In this document: positions 1 to 11,513 of the stretch, piece by piece
Layout: each line of letters opens with the position of its first letter
Numbering within the stretch: position 1 is the first letter of the stretch
Source: a virus
Taxonomy: Duplodnaviria; Caudoviricetes
Virus record (IMG/VR): IMGVR_UViG_3300029305_004678
Location: 64,001-128,000 of that record
Length of the DNA: 64,000 nucleotides
Direction: 5' to 3' (one strand)
Notes under the pieces: model-generated
The model's input: the letters and a program-made list of their open reading frames with translations, nothing else
Databases searched by the model: none
Told to the model about the DNA's origin: nothing
Position numbers and translations under genes: made by a program

Positions 1-335
1 TCGGAATCTGTAATTATTTGATTAGTATTTTCCTCTAGTATATGCTCTATAATTGGCTGATATCCATAGCTTTCACTATCTCCAGCATTAGATGTAGTTG
101 TATTAATATCTATTTTTTTCTTAGATATATGCATATATTGATAACCACTAGACTCAGCACAAGTCCAACCATATTCATGCTCTATCCAAGTAGTACCATA
201 TGTATTAGACTGTCTAGATACTTCTACTATTTCATCAGAATATCGTATATAACCTCTAATTTCGGCATATGTATCAGGATTGGAACGTATTGCCAGTTCC
301 GATACGTCACAAGCCCAAATATCTCCAGTTGCCAT
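1..335 (-). CDS. SH3b-like domain virion/tail protein, runs off the window (partial; absent from ORF track)
   Basis: Manual translation from ATG at 335 (RBS AAGGAGG; AACA-N6-TAA at 367-379): MATGDIWACDVSELAIRSNPDTYAEIRGYIRYSDEIVEVSRQSNTYGTTWIEHEYGWTCAE..., open to position 1; the L-x-I-R-x-x-P...W...GW pattern is SH3b-like. Confidence 0.7.
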   Translation of the reverse strand, partial: MATGDIWACDVSELAIRSNPDTYAEIRGYIRYSDEIVEVSRQSNTYGTTWIEHEYGWTCAESSGYQYMHISKKKIDINTTTSNAGDSESYGYQPIIEHILEENTNQIITDS

Positions 336-374
336 AATATATACAACCTCCTTAAAGAGACTATTTTTAATATA

Positions 375-407
375 TTGTTGGAAGGGTCAAAATAACCCTT
401 CCAACAA
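375..407 (-). terminator. Intrinsic terminator-like hairpin after the tape measure gene
   Basis: Inverted repeat TTGTTGGAAGGGT / ACCCTTCCAACAA. Confidence 0.6.
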
Positions 408-415
408 CATTTAGT

Positions 416-3400
416 TTACTCTCTTGCAATAGCTTTAAGAGCGTCGAGTACATATTGAGTATCTCTATTATTTAGCATATTAGTCATATTGGCAGCTCCA
501 CCCGAATTCTTTATAGCCTGATTTAATGCCTCTTGAGCACGAACTCTAGAGTTTGCAGATTTGGCAATCTGAGATTTATCTATATCGAGATTGAAGTTCT
601 TAGACAATATTTCTAATATAGCATTCAGCAGTGTCGTATTATCAGAAATCTGCAGTAATACCGTTATAATAGTCTGCAAGAATGTCTCATAATCTACACC
701 AGTATTATTCATACTACTAGATCCATTAGCATGAGCAATATTTACAGTTCTGGTAACTCCATCGGCATATGCGCTATTTGCATTAAGTGCCTTAGTAGCA
801 CCACCAGTATGTCTATAGCCACCAGATCTAGACAGTATTCTAGCATCACCAACTGTTCTCTTATTACCTGCTCTGCCTCTAGCTTCAAAGGTATTTGATC
901 TAGTTGCATCGAGATATGCTCTATAAGTAGAATAGTCAGAAGGATTTCCAGATACTATACCACTAGGAACACTGTACTCAACAGTATTACCCTCACTATC
1001 TAGGACAGATGTGGTATAATTCATATTAGGATTAATAGTAGCTGTTTTGTATTTATCATACCATTCTTTACTGAACTTACGACGATCGTCCCAATTCTTA
1101 ACTTTAGGATTCTCGAAATCTCTTAGAACTGTATCACTTGCAACATTATAATCTGCAGTGGTTTTCAAGATATTCGCTATTGCAGGGAAGTTCTTATCGA
1201 GTTCATTGGTAAGAGAATATAGCTGTCCACCCAGGTCTCCAATACTTATACCCTGTTCAACAGTATCCCTATATAGATTCCTCTTAAGACTATGATGTGT
1301 CCACTGAGCCAAGCCATATCCAGCTTTATCATTTATAAAGGAATCTTTACTATAAGTCTTCTTATTTACAGCATCAGTATAAGAATCATCAGTATGACCA
1401 AGTTTCACCTCATAACTATTTTGCAAGTTATTAGGTCTTAAGGAAGACTCTGCATGAAGATTTCCCATAAGGCCTGCAGCACCAGCAGCAGTATATCCAT
1501 GATTTCTTAAGTAATTCCAGATCTTTTCAGAAACTGTATTACCTATAAGAGCAGGACCACTACCAACGGTTTCATCTTCATAAATTTGATTAAGTTCATT
1601 AGATGTGTCGGTTTTACCAAACATCATTTGATAGGTATCTTCACCATACATTGCTTTAAAGACGCTGTTAGCAAGATTACCTATTTTTGTAAATATGGTT
1701 CCATCTGTAGAACTAGATGTTGTTCCATCATATATTCCACTCACATATTCCGTATCATCAGCAGATCCTCCTACGAATGCAGAATACTTATCTCCAGTCA
1801 TAGGTCCACCATTTGTTGCAATATGTTTGTAATCAGAGGTATCACCATATTTGCTCATATCAACAACTGTAGTATCATCATACTCATATGGATAATCTAT
1901 ATGACAGAATCCGATGACATTTTTAATATTACGAGTCTTTCTGGCAACTCTGTCACCAGTATTACCCTCAATAGTATAAATTTTGTCTCCTTTAACAGAT
2001 TCTACGATACCAGTATGCTGTTCTATACCACAGTTATCCCAGTCGAACATGACGATATCGCCAGGTTTGGGATTACTCTTATTGTATTTTCCCTTCTGTT
2101 TATAGTATTTTGCGCAATCGCTACATGCAACTGCCTTTCCGCCATTCATAAACAGAGAGGATGCACCTGCCTGATTGAACACCCACCATACAAATACACA
2201 GCACCACTGATAATAATCTTGACTATTATTATAGGTTTTGCTAGTACCGAGGTTATGCTCAGTCCAGTATGCATTATTATATTTTACTACATTAGGCTGA
2301 TGTTCCTTTACACCAATCTGGCTTCTAGCAACATTTAGGACAGCCTGAGCTCCGAGCTTCGTTCCACGTCCATAAAGAACGCGTCTCATTCCTCTCTTAG
2401 CTTTAGACTTTCCGCCTATAGAACTAGCTCTACGATTTATCTTCCTACCAGCATCTCCGGTGATAACAGAAGATATCATAGATTTCATTAAGGTATTGGG
2501 TTTATAGTATACTCTATTATCGGGAAGATCAGGATCTTCAACGATAATATCACCATTAGGTGCAACGCCAGTAGCAGTAACAAAGTGAGGATTAGTTCCA
2601 TAAGGAGCCTTCTTACTGTTATGCGAATCCTGACCAAGTAATATAACCTGTCTACCAGATCTTATAGCATCCAGAGCGGTTTTCTTATTACTAGTATTAG
2701 TGGTAGAAATACCCTTAGATGCTAGATAGCTATTAAAGTAGCTAATATCAGTTCCTTCTCGACCAATATAATTTCCTCTTTCTGCAAATCTTACAGCATC
2801 TGCGAGGTTAGATCCAGAAGTTCCCATATTATTTATGAGATTCGTAGCAGCAACGGGTGCGCATCCAGAATCTCCTATTGTACTATTACCGTACTTAACA
2901 TTTGCTATTGCACTATTGGATTGATATAAGTGCTCTCCATTTCCATTAGTTTTGTTTCTACCACTACCGGCAGATCTAGAACCACCAGAATTGGAGTTAC
3001 CTCCACCAAATAAACCAGTGAACCATTCCCATGCATCTACGAATCCACTAGAGATTTTATTAAATGCACTTTGAATTAGAACAATTGGTGCATTAAATAG
3101 TCTTTGGATAAATCCGACCGCTTTACCAATACCACTAAGAGGATTACTATCATCAGCTGTAATAGTCCAATATTTCTTATCAAATACAGATATATTTCCA
3201 GCCTTTGCCTCTAATATGATATTATCAGTCTCTTTTCCAATATCTCCGCAATCTATCATATCTAAGAAAGCATTCTTTACCTTTGTGCCTACCCATCCCA
3301 TCATAGCAGAAGGTGCGTTCATTACTCTAATAACAGTACCAAATACATCTCCAAGTATAGCCAAAGGATTATCTGTAGACTTGCTATCAGACCCCCAATA

Positions 3401-6400
3401 TTGCTTACTGAAAATGGTGTACTTACCAGCTTTGACCGCATTTATGTCGGATGTAGCATCAAGAGTGCCTTCTCGCACAGCTTTGATATAATTTGTAAAT
3501 GTTTCTCTTATCTTTGATCCAACATATCCCATCATAGCATTGGGAATATTCAGAACTTTATTGACTGTAGAGAAAATTGTTCCTAAGGTACTAAGAGGAT
3601 TCTCGTTATCTTTATTCTTCTTATTATCATCAGATTCAGACTTCCAATATTTTTTATCGAATACTGTATATTTACCAGCTCTGACATCTTTAATAACTTT
3701 AGAGGAATCGCTATAACCGCCTTTAATGCCTTCTGTTATAGCGCTAAATCCATTCTCTTTTATATCTGCAGTTACAGACTGTATTCCAGATTTAACATAG
3801 TCTATTGCTCCACTTACAGTCTGACCTATTTTGGAGTTCTTTGCATTCTCTATAAGATTACTTGCACCGGTTTTAACGCTATTCCAAGTATTCCCAGCCC
3901 ATTCCTTGGTAGCGTTCCAAGCATTACTTGCACCGGTTTTAACCTTATCTACAGCACTATTCCAAGCATTACTTACTCCAGTTTTAACCTTGTCCAAACC
4001 AGAGCTTATAGCTTTCTTAGCCTTTGTAGTCCATTTATCCTTATTATTAAAATCTTCAAGGTTAGTATAGGTTTCTTCTGGATGTTCCTTGTTCCATTCA
4101 TCGAGAATATTATCTGCACGATCCCGAGCCTCTTTCAAGGATGTAACATCCAATCCGAAAATTGGGAACAATACATCTACAAATATATCTATAATGACAT
4201 CTGTAGGAACCAAACCGAGAAGGAAAGCATTGTTTAAAGTATGCACCAAACCACAAATACATTTCTGGCCAATACCTATCTGATATTCATCTCCCTTGGC
4301 AATACCAAGAAGAGTATCAGCATTATTGTAACCCCATATAAAGTCTGCTACATACATTGCAATATTTAAGAACGGTACGAATTTAGCAGCAGCAGATGCA
4401 ATCTTGGTTAATGCCTTACTAGCAACCTTACCAAGTGCAGAACTAGCTACCTTTTCACCAAGTTCTTTAATAGTTTTCTTAATAATACCCTCGGAAACAT
4501 CACTCTTAGCAGCTTTCTTAAAGAAGCCGAGTATAGTACTATTCTCGGCAAGTTCAGCAAAGAAATTCTTTAGCTTAGATGTAATCTTTCCTATTAAACC
4601 CTTAGCATCATCAACAGCTCCAGTAACCTTTTTAACTACTGAATTATTTTTGACAGCATCCTTAGCTTTACCAACAGCAGTGGTTACTTTTTGCCCAGCT
4701 TTAGAGTCTGTTATCTTCTTACCAATATCGGTTAATTTACTCTTTGCTTTAGAAGAAATAGTAGGAGCTTTTACCACACTATCTGTAGCATCAATAGCCT
4801 TATTCAATAAAGACTCATTAGCTTCAGCGCTTAGCTTAGCCCCATCAATTCCTTCAAGTATATCATCAATACCTGCCGCACCATTCCATTTAATGCTCTT
4901 AGCCATCTTCTTAGCAGCCTTATTAGCCTTTTTACCAGTAAGACCCTGTGCTTCGACAGCAGCATTAATAAATTCATTCGTTGTTTTAGATCTATTACCA
5001 AGAATATTTCCAATCTTACTATTACTGAATTTATTCTTAGCATTTGTAATAGAACTTACTATCTTATTATTTGTAAATTTATTTTTTGTGGCTTTAGCGA
5101 TATCATCAATCTTGCTTGATATCTTACTCCTTACATTAGGATTCGAACCCATCAATGCTTCAGTAAGATTAGATGTAGATGTTCCGATAATTTCGGCTGC
5201 TTCATCTGTTAAAGAACTGGTATCAAGATTCATAATTACGTCATTTATTCCATCAACCCCTCTGATAGATACCTGACTAACTATCTGATCTTTTAGTTCT
5301 TTAGCAGCACTTCCAGTTAATCCAGATGCAGATACAACAGTGTCTGCATAATTTCTAATATCTGTTGCTCTATTAAGCATGGCATTTATACTAGCACCAG
5401 CTCCATGAGCAGCACCAGCAGCCTTGCCAGTAGCCTTAACTCCAGTTCCAAATATCTTCTTACCTACACCAAATATACCCTTACCACCCTTAGTAGAAAC
5501 ATTTGCCATCTTGTTAAGCAATTTATTTTTATTTCTACCAAGCAATCCATATGTGAAAGATCTACCAGTTGCATCCAATATCTTACTTCCAGCAGAATCA
5601 ACTGTATTCATGCGGTCATAAGATCTAAGAGCAATATTTCCATTCTCGTCATAGACCACGGTGTTGGTACTTTCTTTAGCTCCAAGCAGTCCAGATAATC
5701 CGCCAGCATTCTTATACATCAGATCTGTAGAAGTTTTGTTAAGATGATTTCCATCTTTATCATAGGTATCTTCTGCAGCAATGAAATTAGAATCTGTTAA
5801 ACTATTTATATCTATAGAGCTAGAGGCTGCTCCATAAACACTACTTGCTGTATTAGAGCTATATATTTTACTTATATTACTATCTAATCCAACATTTGTT
5901 TTTATTGCAGCAGCTGTACTATCTTCCAACTTCTTAAATTCAGAATTATCAGAAGTTACAGTATATCCGTCTCTAGAAATTTTTGCACTAGGAAATACAG
6001 CCGCTTTTATACCATTAAGAAGCGCTTTACCTAGAGAGCCGACCATACTCGGGAAATTCTTAATAAGTAGTGCAACAAGAGGAGTAACTATGTGATTCAT
6101 AGCCAATCCAAAACCGCCTATAAGATTAGGTACAACCTTAGATCCAATAAACTCATAAAGTTTACCACTCTTAAGCCAACCTAATAAGCCACCGGTTGGA
6201 TTATCCCAGCTCCCATTATCACCAAATAGCAAAGACTTACCGCCATTAATTAATTTGGCAACCAATCCGGGATTCTGAGGAGTTCCGTCACCGTGGATAA
6301 TATCATTAAATTTATTAGCCAGACCACTTAAAAGACCACCTGAATATTTACCATCATCATTTGTTTTTCCAAACATAGCAGTCTTGAGGGTAGGCCAAAC

Positions 6401-9400
6401 CTTGTTCTTAAACCAGTCAGTAGCAACACCAAGCAGCGAGAAACCAGCTCCAAGGCCTACTGCACCCAGTCCTATTTTAGCAATAGTACTTCCCTTAGCT
6501 CCAAGGAATTCATAAATTCCACCAAGAGCAGTGGAGAAGAATCCATCTTTATTTTTCTTTTTCTTCTTCTCAGCCTTATCTCCCATGAAGAAACCGACTA
6601 ATCTAGACATAAGAGAAGCAGTCTTTTCTGTGGAATCGGCAGTTTTATCTCTTGCTTCATCATCTTGCTGATCTTTTGTTTCAGCGTTTTTAGCTTCAAT
6701 GCTGTCATCATCACCCTTACCACTAGGAAGGGCCAATACTTTACCTTCTACACCAGAACTACTAGTATTTCCAGGAAGTTCGATAGCACCAGATGCTTTG
6801 GTTTTAAAAGATATAGGATTATCTACGATAACAGGAGTAGAACCGGGATTTGCTATAAGCTGAACACCCTGGCTAATTAGAGACAAATGTTGGAGGGCAG
6901 CGTCAGACTTATTCTCCATATTTTCTCTATAAATTTTAGTTAAATTACGATCATCTTCAATTTTCTGAAGAGCTAATTCTTCCTTTTTCTCAGCCTCTTC
7001 ATCAGGATCGTAACTCTCACCTTTTTTCTTAATGCGGTTAGCCAACTCGGCTTCCGCAGTCATCATAATTTGTCTTATGTCTTTTCTTCCAGATATTTTA
7101 CGTCCACCAAGAAGATCAGACAGTATCTTATTCTTCTCATCTTTATCCATATCAAAACTAGAAATTGCATCCATAGAAGTTTTGACAGTGGTAATTCTAG
7201 AAGCAATAAGTTTATTGAGTTCATTCATTTGGTCAGTAGATAATTCACCTTTATCTACTAACTTTCTAAGAGCAGCATCAAAAGCTGCAGCATCGCCATT
7301 AGCCGCAAGTTTAGTAAGCTTTGTAATTTTATTAACTCCTACTATTTCATATAGAGATCTACCATCTTTACCAGTATTCTTATTGAAATAGGAGGAAATA
7401 GTTTTACTACTAGCTTGTCTTGCCTCACCTAAATTTTCACCTAATTCTTTTCTAGAATTAAGCTGGTTTCCTGTGAGAGAAGCAAGATTCTGAAGATCTT
7501 CTATATCCATACCTGCAATGATCTCATCTTGCTCTCTCATCTTATCTCTACCAAAAGGCAGTTTAATATTATTATCCTTTCTCCACTGTAATCTCTCTTC
7601 AGCAGTCATATTATACGCAGTTCCCTTCTGTATCTGACGTGTCTTAATATGAGTACCAAGATTACCTATGGCTTTGAAAGGAAGTGCAAAAGCAGCTTTA
7701 CCAACGTTAAGGGGTACTTTTACTATACCACCTATAACTTTAGTCAGAGGTTTAAAAACTCTTTCTCTCATAAAATCAGCCGCAGGAATACCGATAGATC
7801 TTTCAAACATATCTGCTAAATGATCTTTGACTCCATTAGTGATATTATTGATGCCATTCTTAATCATCTGACTAAACGGATCTAAGAACTTCTTCAGATT
7901 ATCAAAGATATTTTTCTTTGCGTATTCTTTAAAGTCATCAATGATTTCATGAACCTTCTTGATAGCAGGATTGAGCATGCCTTCTTTAAAAGCACCAAAG
8001 ATACCATTATCATCAGGATCATCTTCCTTGCCAAACATTAATTCATGGAAGGTATTAGTAGATGTAATCATACCAAGACCTGCACCAAGAGCTGCATTTC
8101 CAAGCAGTCCAAAAGGTCCAGTCAAGATACCAATACCAGCACCCACTAATGCATTAGGGGCAGACTTCTTAATAAACTTAGAAATCTTTTCCTTATTTTC
8201 GGGGCCAATAACTCCATCTTCTCCGAAGAGGAAATTATTAACAGTCTCACTATTTTTCAGTAATCCAACACCAGCACCGACAGCAGCACCGGCCAAAGGA
8301 CCCATGCCAGTCACTAATCCAAGAATACCACCAGCAACACCAAAATCAATAGCATCGCCTCCAGCTTTCTTGAAATAATCCTGAATTTTCTTAGGAATAA
8401 TACCTCCAATATGTCCATCTTCAGTATCTTCACCAAAAACAATTCTCTGAAGTGTCTGACTATTATCGAGAATAGAAATACCAGCACCAGCAACAGCTCC
8501 AAGTAAAGGATTAATACCAGTTAATAAACCAGCACCAAGACCCAATACACCACCAGCTGCAACTTTAGATGCTCCAGCCTTATTCTCGTTATAAATCTTG
8601 TATAGAGAATCTTTAAGCTTATTCAAATCTACTGTACCCTTGGCATTTAAACCAATTTTACCACTCATAGACTTGAAAGCTCTTACTATTCTACTTCTAT
8701 CTTTTCTCTCACCTGCAAGCATCTTATTCTGCTTCTTACGATCAGAAGTTGCAGGAATAATTACTTCACCAGGAGAGATCATAGTTAAACCACGTTTGGT
8801 AACAACTCTACCATAAGCACTTTCAACAATATTGTCGTAGAACTCATCGTTATCCTGTACCATTTCGCGATTATCTATATTTTCCACTTCATCTGCAGTT
8901 ACTACTCCACCATTTGAAACTTTATTAGCAATATTGGTAAATTTAGCAGATGCAGATTTGAACGCCTTACCAAATGTATTACCTACTGCTGTTTTAGCTC
9001 TATTAAAACCTCTTCCTGCAGTAGATTTGATTTCATTCCATACGGGCTTTACGTATGGTTCAACTTTAGATTTAAGGAACTCTTCGAATTTATCAAACTT
9101 AAGAGCTTTGGCTATTTTTTCAGTAATATTATTAAAAGAGCTTTTCATTTCATTTAGCATCTTTTGCCATACACCGATCTTTTTACCATGCTCATCGACA
9201 AATTCTTCATTTTCTCCAAAGAATACTTTGAATAAGCTCTCATCTGCTTTTTCAAGCATCTTGGTCATATAATTTATGGGAGAAGAAAATACATCAGCAA
9301 GACCTTTACCAATAGTAGTAAACATTCTTCCTACTGGAGATTTATCAAATACACCAGATAATTTATCGAAGAACTCTTTTACTTTATTGGATTCTTCAAG

Positions 9401-11407
9401 TTCTTTTGCACGCTTTTTGTCCAATTCTTCCCATATAGAATCATCTATATATCCTTCCGACTCAGGGTCACCATCCCCATCACCGTCAGAATCAGAACTA
9501 TCAGAAGAAGTTGTATTTGTTGTAGTAGACTGACGCTTAGAGCGATTTCTACTATGTCTAGTTCTAGAATTATTATTTTTATTCTTAGGTCTATTTCCCA
9601 TTCTACCCAAGATTTCTCTCAAGTAATAGAAAACATTTTTGCCTTCTTCATCATAGCTGAGAGATAGTAATCCAGTACCTTTAATCATAGATCTAGATTT
9701 GCTAGATGTGAAATCATAGTCTTGAGAATTATTGAAGATCTGACGCTCGATTGCATGAGCCCCTTCTTTTCCCCTCATCCTTCTGGAGAAATCTTCCTTA
9801 GCCATCATATTCTTTCTGGCCAGATCACGAATAGTAGATTTGGATAGATTTTTTACTATTACTTCATCAAATATCTTTTTACTCTTGAATCCATAATAGC
9901 TCCATGCCGGTTCACTACCAACCTTATCTATTCTAAAATATCCATTATCACTATAGATCTTATTCATCATATAATCTATAGACTTTTGTATAGATTCTGC
10001 ATTTCTAGGATCCTTGGATCTTAAATCACGCATAGTATTAGAAAGATCATCTCTGATACCTCTGTTTGCACTAGCTATATTGGTTTTTTTCTCATGTTCG
10101 AATCTATCAAGTATAGCGTCAAACTTAGTCCAACGACCTTCCTCATAATCATAATATCTTTCATTCATACCAGTTAATGCAGCTTCAATTCTAGACAGAT
10201 AACCAGGTATTGTCTCTATAATTGCTTGCTTGGTTATACCATCAAAAGGTATGGCGTTTTTAAAATATTCTTTCGGATTTATAGTAGTCTTATTATCGAG
10301 ATTAATACCGAATATGGATGCTATAGAACCAAGAGTATTTCCTTCAAACTTCTTTCTATTTAATGCAGCAATTAGCTGAGAAAACATAGAAGCTAAGGCT
10401 TTATCCATAGAAGCAATATTACTCTTGAATGCTTTAGGAAGCATTTTATTCATAAATGCTTTTGTAATCATCTTGGTAGGATCCATGATGGCGGTCAACA
10501 ACATATTTATCGGACTACCAGCATCATTGTCGAATAGACCCATAAGCCCAAGATTATTTTCAATATTCTTTTTAATATTCTTCAGATAACCATCTAATTT
10601 TATATTACCATAGCCATCCATAGACGAAGACAATGCAGTGCCTCTATTGCCATATCTATTATATTTATTTGGAGCATATAGAGATCTTTGCATGTCTACT
10701 AATTCTCTCATTAAAGCAACCTGTTCTCTAAAAAGATCATTGGTTGCTTCATAGAATTTATTAGAATTTTCAACATGAGTCTGAATGCTTTTATTAGTTA
10801 TACTAATATTAGAATAGACAGATGCTAAGCCAGCACTAATATTTACTCCCAATTTATCCATATTAGCAACAAGCAATTTAGTAGAAGCTTTATTAGCACC
10901 AATTACTAATTCTGTACCCTGAGCAACTGCAGTAGCATGAGTTTGTGCAGCTGCCCCGATAGCTACACTATAGCTATCGGATACAGCAGAAGTTCCAGAT
11001 GCTGATCTATCTCCATCATTCCAATTAAAGTCATCAGACTCTGACATGTCATCGAATCCCATCTCTTTATTAAACTCATCTAGCATATGAGCCTGAGCTT
11101 TGGAATCATTATACATGTCTCCAGTTAAAACATCATTTTTAAATTTATTTAATCCACTACCAACAGCTTGATAGACTTTACTTACCAAAGTCTGTCTCTC
11201 GGCCCTATCTGTAGCGGCTCTGGGATTCTTTATATATGCGAATCCCTTCTTGATATATTCATCGCTTTCTTGAAGGAAAATCTTCATAGCAGGAGCATTG
11301 TCAGAAATTACATCTACAGATGCCAATGCAAGAGACTTACCAACATTTTTTACATATCTGGCGACGCTTGTCTTAGTGACAGGCGGTCGTCTTGTATTAG
11401 TAGGCAT
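416..11407 (-). CDS. Giant tape measure / tail-associated lysin with C39-like peptidase, CHAP and phage tail lysozyme domains
   Basis: ~3,660 aa; likely start MPTN at 11407 after GAGGAGG; helical body with Gly/Ala hydrophobic repeats and W-periodic 11-aa repeats (SNAWNSAVDKV); C39-like YQ...SGCAPVAA...HFV; CHAP WCCVFVWWVF...HTGIVE...TIEGNT; lysozyme IWNYL...GLMGNLHAES...GYGLAQWT. Confidence 0.9.
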   Translation of the reverse strand: MPTNTRRPPVTKTSVARYVKNVGKSLALASVDVISDNAPAMKIFLQESDEYIKKGFAYIKNPRAATDRAERQTLVSKVYQAVGSGLNKFKNDVLTGDMYNDSKAQAHMLDEFNKEMGFDDMSESDDFNWNDGDRSASGTSAVSDSYSVAIGAAAQTHATAVAQGTELVIGANKASTKLLVANMDKLGVNISAGLASVYSNISITNKSIQTHVENSNKFYEATNDLFREQVALMRELVDMQRSLYAPNKYNRYGNRGTALSSSMDGYGNIKLDGYLKNIKKNIENNLGLMGLFDNDAGSPINMLLTAIMDPTKMITKAFMNKMLPKAFKSNIASMDKALASMFSQLIAALNRKKFEGNTLGSIASIFGINLDNKTTINPKEYFKNAIPFDGITKQAIIETIPGYLSRIEAALTGMNERYYDYEEGRWTKFDAILDRFEHEKKTNIASANRGIRDDLSNTMRDLRSKDPRNAESIQKSIDYMMNKIYSDNGYFRIDKVGSEPAWSYYGFKSKKIFDEVIVKNLSKSTIRDLARKNMMAKEDFSRRMRGKEGAHAIERQIFNNSQDYDFTSSKSRSMIKGTGLLSLSYDEEGKNVFYYLREILGRMGNRPKNKNNNSRTRHSRNRSKRQSTTTNTTSSDSSDSDGDGDGDPESEGYIDDSIWEELDKKRAKELEESNKVKEFFDKLSGVFDKSPVGRMFTTIGKGLADVFSSPINYMTKMLEKADESLFKVFFGENEEFVDEHGKKIGVWQKMLNEMKSSFNNITEKIAKALKFDKFEEFLKSKVEPYVKPVWNEIKSTAGRGFNRAKTAVGNTFGKAFKSASAKFTNIANKVSNGGVVTADEVENIDNREMVQDNDEFYDNIVESAYGRVVTKRGLTMISPGEVIIPATSDRKKQNKMLAGERKDRSRIVRAFKSMSGKIGLNAKGTVDLNKLKDSLYKIYNENKAGASKVAAGGVLGLGAGLLTGINPLLGAVAGAGISILDNSQTLQRIVFGEDTEDGHIGGIIPKKIQDYFKKAGGDAIDFGVAGGILGLVTGMGPLAGAAVGAGVGLLKNSETVNNFLFGEDGVIGPENKEKISKFIKKSAPNALVGAGIGILTGPFGLLGNAALGAGLGMITSTNTFHELMFGKEDDPDDNGIFGAFKEGMLNPAIKKVHEIIDDFKEYAKKNIFDNLKKFLDPFSQMIKNGINNITNGVKDHLADMFERSIGIPAADFMRERVFKPLTKVIGGIVKVPLNVGKAAFALPFKAIGNLGTHIKTRQIQKGTAYNMTAEERLQWRKDNNIKLPFGRDKMREQDEIIAGMDIEDLQNLASLTGNQLNSRKELGENLGEARQASSKTISSYFNKNTGKDGRSLYEIVGVNKITKLTKLAANGDAAAFDAALRKLVDKGELSTDQMNELNKLIASRITTVKTSMDAISSFDMDKDEKNKILSDLLGGRKISGRKDIRQIMMTAEAELANRIKKKGESYDPDEEAEKKEELALQKIEDDRNLTKIYRENMENKSDAALQHLSLISQGVQLIANPGSTPVIVDNPISFKTKASGAIELPGNTSSSGVEGKVLALPSGKGDDDSIEAKNAETKDQQDDEARDKTADSTEKTASLMSRLVGFFMGDKAEKKKKKNKDGFFSTALGGIYEFLGAKGSTIAKIGLGAVGLGAGFSLLGVATDWFKNKVWPTLKTAMFGKTNDDGKYSGGLLSGLANKFNDIIHGDGTPQNPGLVAKLINGGKSLLFGDNGSWDNPTGGLLGWLKSGKLYEFIGSKVVPNLIGGFGLAMNHIVTPLVALLIKNFPSMVGSLGKALLNGIKAAVFPSAKISRDGYTVTSDNSEFKKLEDSTAAAIKTNVGLDSNISKIYSSNTASSVYGAASSSIDINSLTDSNFIAAEDTYDKDGNHLNKTSTDLMYKNAGGLSGLLGAKESTNTVVYDENGNIALRSYDRMNTVDSAGSKILDATGRSFTYGLLGRNKNKLLNKMANVSTKGGKGIFGVGKKIFGTGVKATGKAAGAAHGAGASINAMLNRATDIRNYADTVVSASGLTGSAAKELKDQIVSQVSIRGVDGINDVIMNLDTSSLTDEAAEIIGTSTSNLTEALMGSNPNVRSKISSKIDDIAKATKNKFTNNKIVSSITNAKNKFSNSKIGNILGNRSKTTNEFINAAVEAQGLTGKKANKAAKKMAKSIKWNGAAGIDDILEGIDGAKLSAEANESLLNKAIDATDSVVKAPTISSKAKSKLTDIGKKITDSKAGQKVTTAVGKAKDAVKNNSVVKKVTGAVDDAKGLIGKITSKLKNFFAELAENSTILGFFKKAAKSDVSEGIIKKTIKELGEKVASSALGKVASKALTKIASAAAKFVPFLNIAMYVADFIWGYNNADTLLGIAKGDEYQIGIGQKCICGLVHTLNNAFLLGLVPTDVIIDIFVDVLFPIFGLDVTSLKEARDRADNILDEWNKEHPEETYTNLEDFNNKDKWTTKAKKAISSGLDKVKTGVSNAWNSAVDKVKTGASNAWNATKEWAGNTWNSVKTGASNLIENAKNSKIGQTVSGAIDYVKSGIQSVTADIKENGFSAITEGIKGGYSDSSKVIKDVRAGKYTVFDKKYWKSESDDNKKNKDNENPLSTLGTIFSTVNKVLNIPNAMMGYVGSKIRETFTNYIKAVREGTLDATSDINAVKAGKYTIFSKQYWGSDSKSTDNPLAILGDVFGTVIRVMNAPSAMMGWVGTKVKNAFLDMIDCGDIGKETDNIILEAKAGNISVFDKKYWTITADDSNPLSGIGKAVGFIQRLFNAPIVLIQSAFNKISSGFVDAWEWFTGLFGGGNSNSGGSRSAGSGRNKTNGNGEHLYQSNSAIANVKYGNSTIGDSGCAPVAATNLINNMGTSGSNLADAVRFAERGNYIGREGTDISYFNSYLASKGISTTNTSNKKTALDAIRSGRQVILLGQDSHNSKKAPYGTNPHFVTATGVAPNGDIIVEDPDLPDNRVYYKPNTLMKSMISSVITGDAGRKINRRASSIGGKSKAKRGMRRVLYGRGTKLGAQAVLNVARSQIGVKEHQPNVVKYNNAYWTEHNLGTSKTYNNSQDYYQWCCVFVWWVFNQAGASSLFMNGGKAVACSDCAKYYKQKGKYNKSNPKPGDIVMFDWDNCGIEQHTGIVESVKGDKIYTIEGNTGDRVARKTRNIKNVIGFCHIDYPYEYDDTTVVDMSKYGDTSDYKHIATNGGPMTGDKYSAFVGGSADDTEYVSGIYDGTTSSSTDGTIFTKIGNLANSVFKAMYGEDTYQMMFGKTDTSNELNQIYEDETVGSGPALIGNTVSEKIWNYLRNHGYTAAGAAGLMGNLHAESSLRPNNLQNSYEVKLGHTDDSYTDAVNKKTYSKDSFINDKAGYGLAQWTHHSLKRNLYRDTVEQGISIGDLGGQLYSLTNELDKNFPAIANILKTTADYNVASDTVLRDFENPKVKNWDDRRKFSKEWYDKYKTATINPNMNYTTSVLDSEGNTVEYSVPSGIVSGNPSDYSTYRAYLDATRSNTFEARGRAGNKRTVGDARILSRSGGYRHTGGATKALNANSAYADGVTRTVNIAHANGSSSMNNTGVDYETFLQTIITVLLQISDNTTLLNAILEILSKNFNLDIDKSQIAKSANSRVRAQEALNQAIKNSGGAANMTNMLNNRDTQYVLDALKAIARE

Positions 11408-11442
11408 AAAATTATCCTCCTCATACAAAGAGATAAAGAATT

Positions 11443-11455
11443 TTATTAGTATGTT
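11443..11455 (-). promoter_or_regulatory. Late promoter AACA-N6-TAA (representative copy)
   Basis: AACATACTAATAA upstream of the tape measure gene; the same motif precedes at least 16 genes in the window. Confidence 0.75.
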
Positions 11456-11513
11456 CTGCTAGTCAAAGAAGCCACGGTAGGAGCTATACTCTCCTACCGT
11501 GGTTAAATTAGAA

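Noticed and set aside
1586-9533. Numerous plus-strand ORFs (e.g. 1586-2338, 4404-5276)
   Set aside because: Antisense shadows of the tape measure gene
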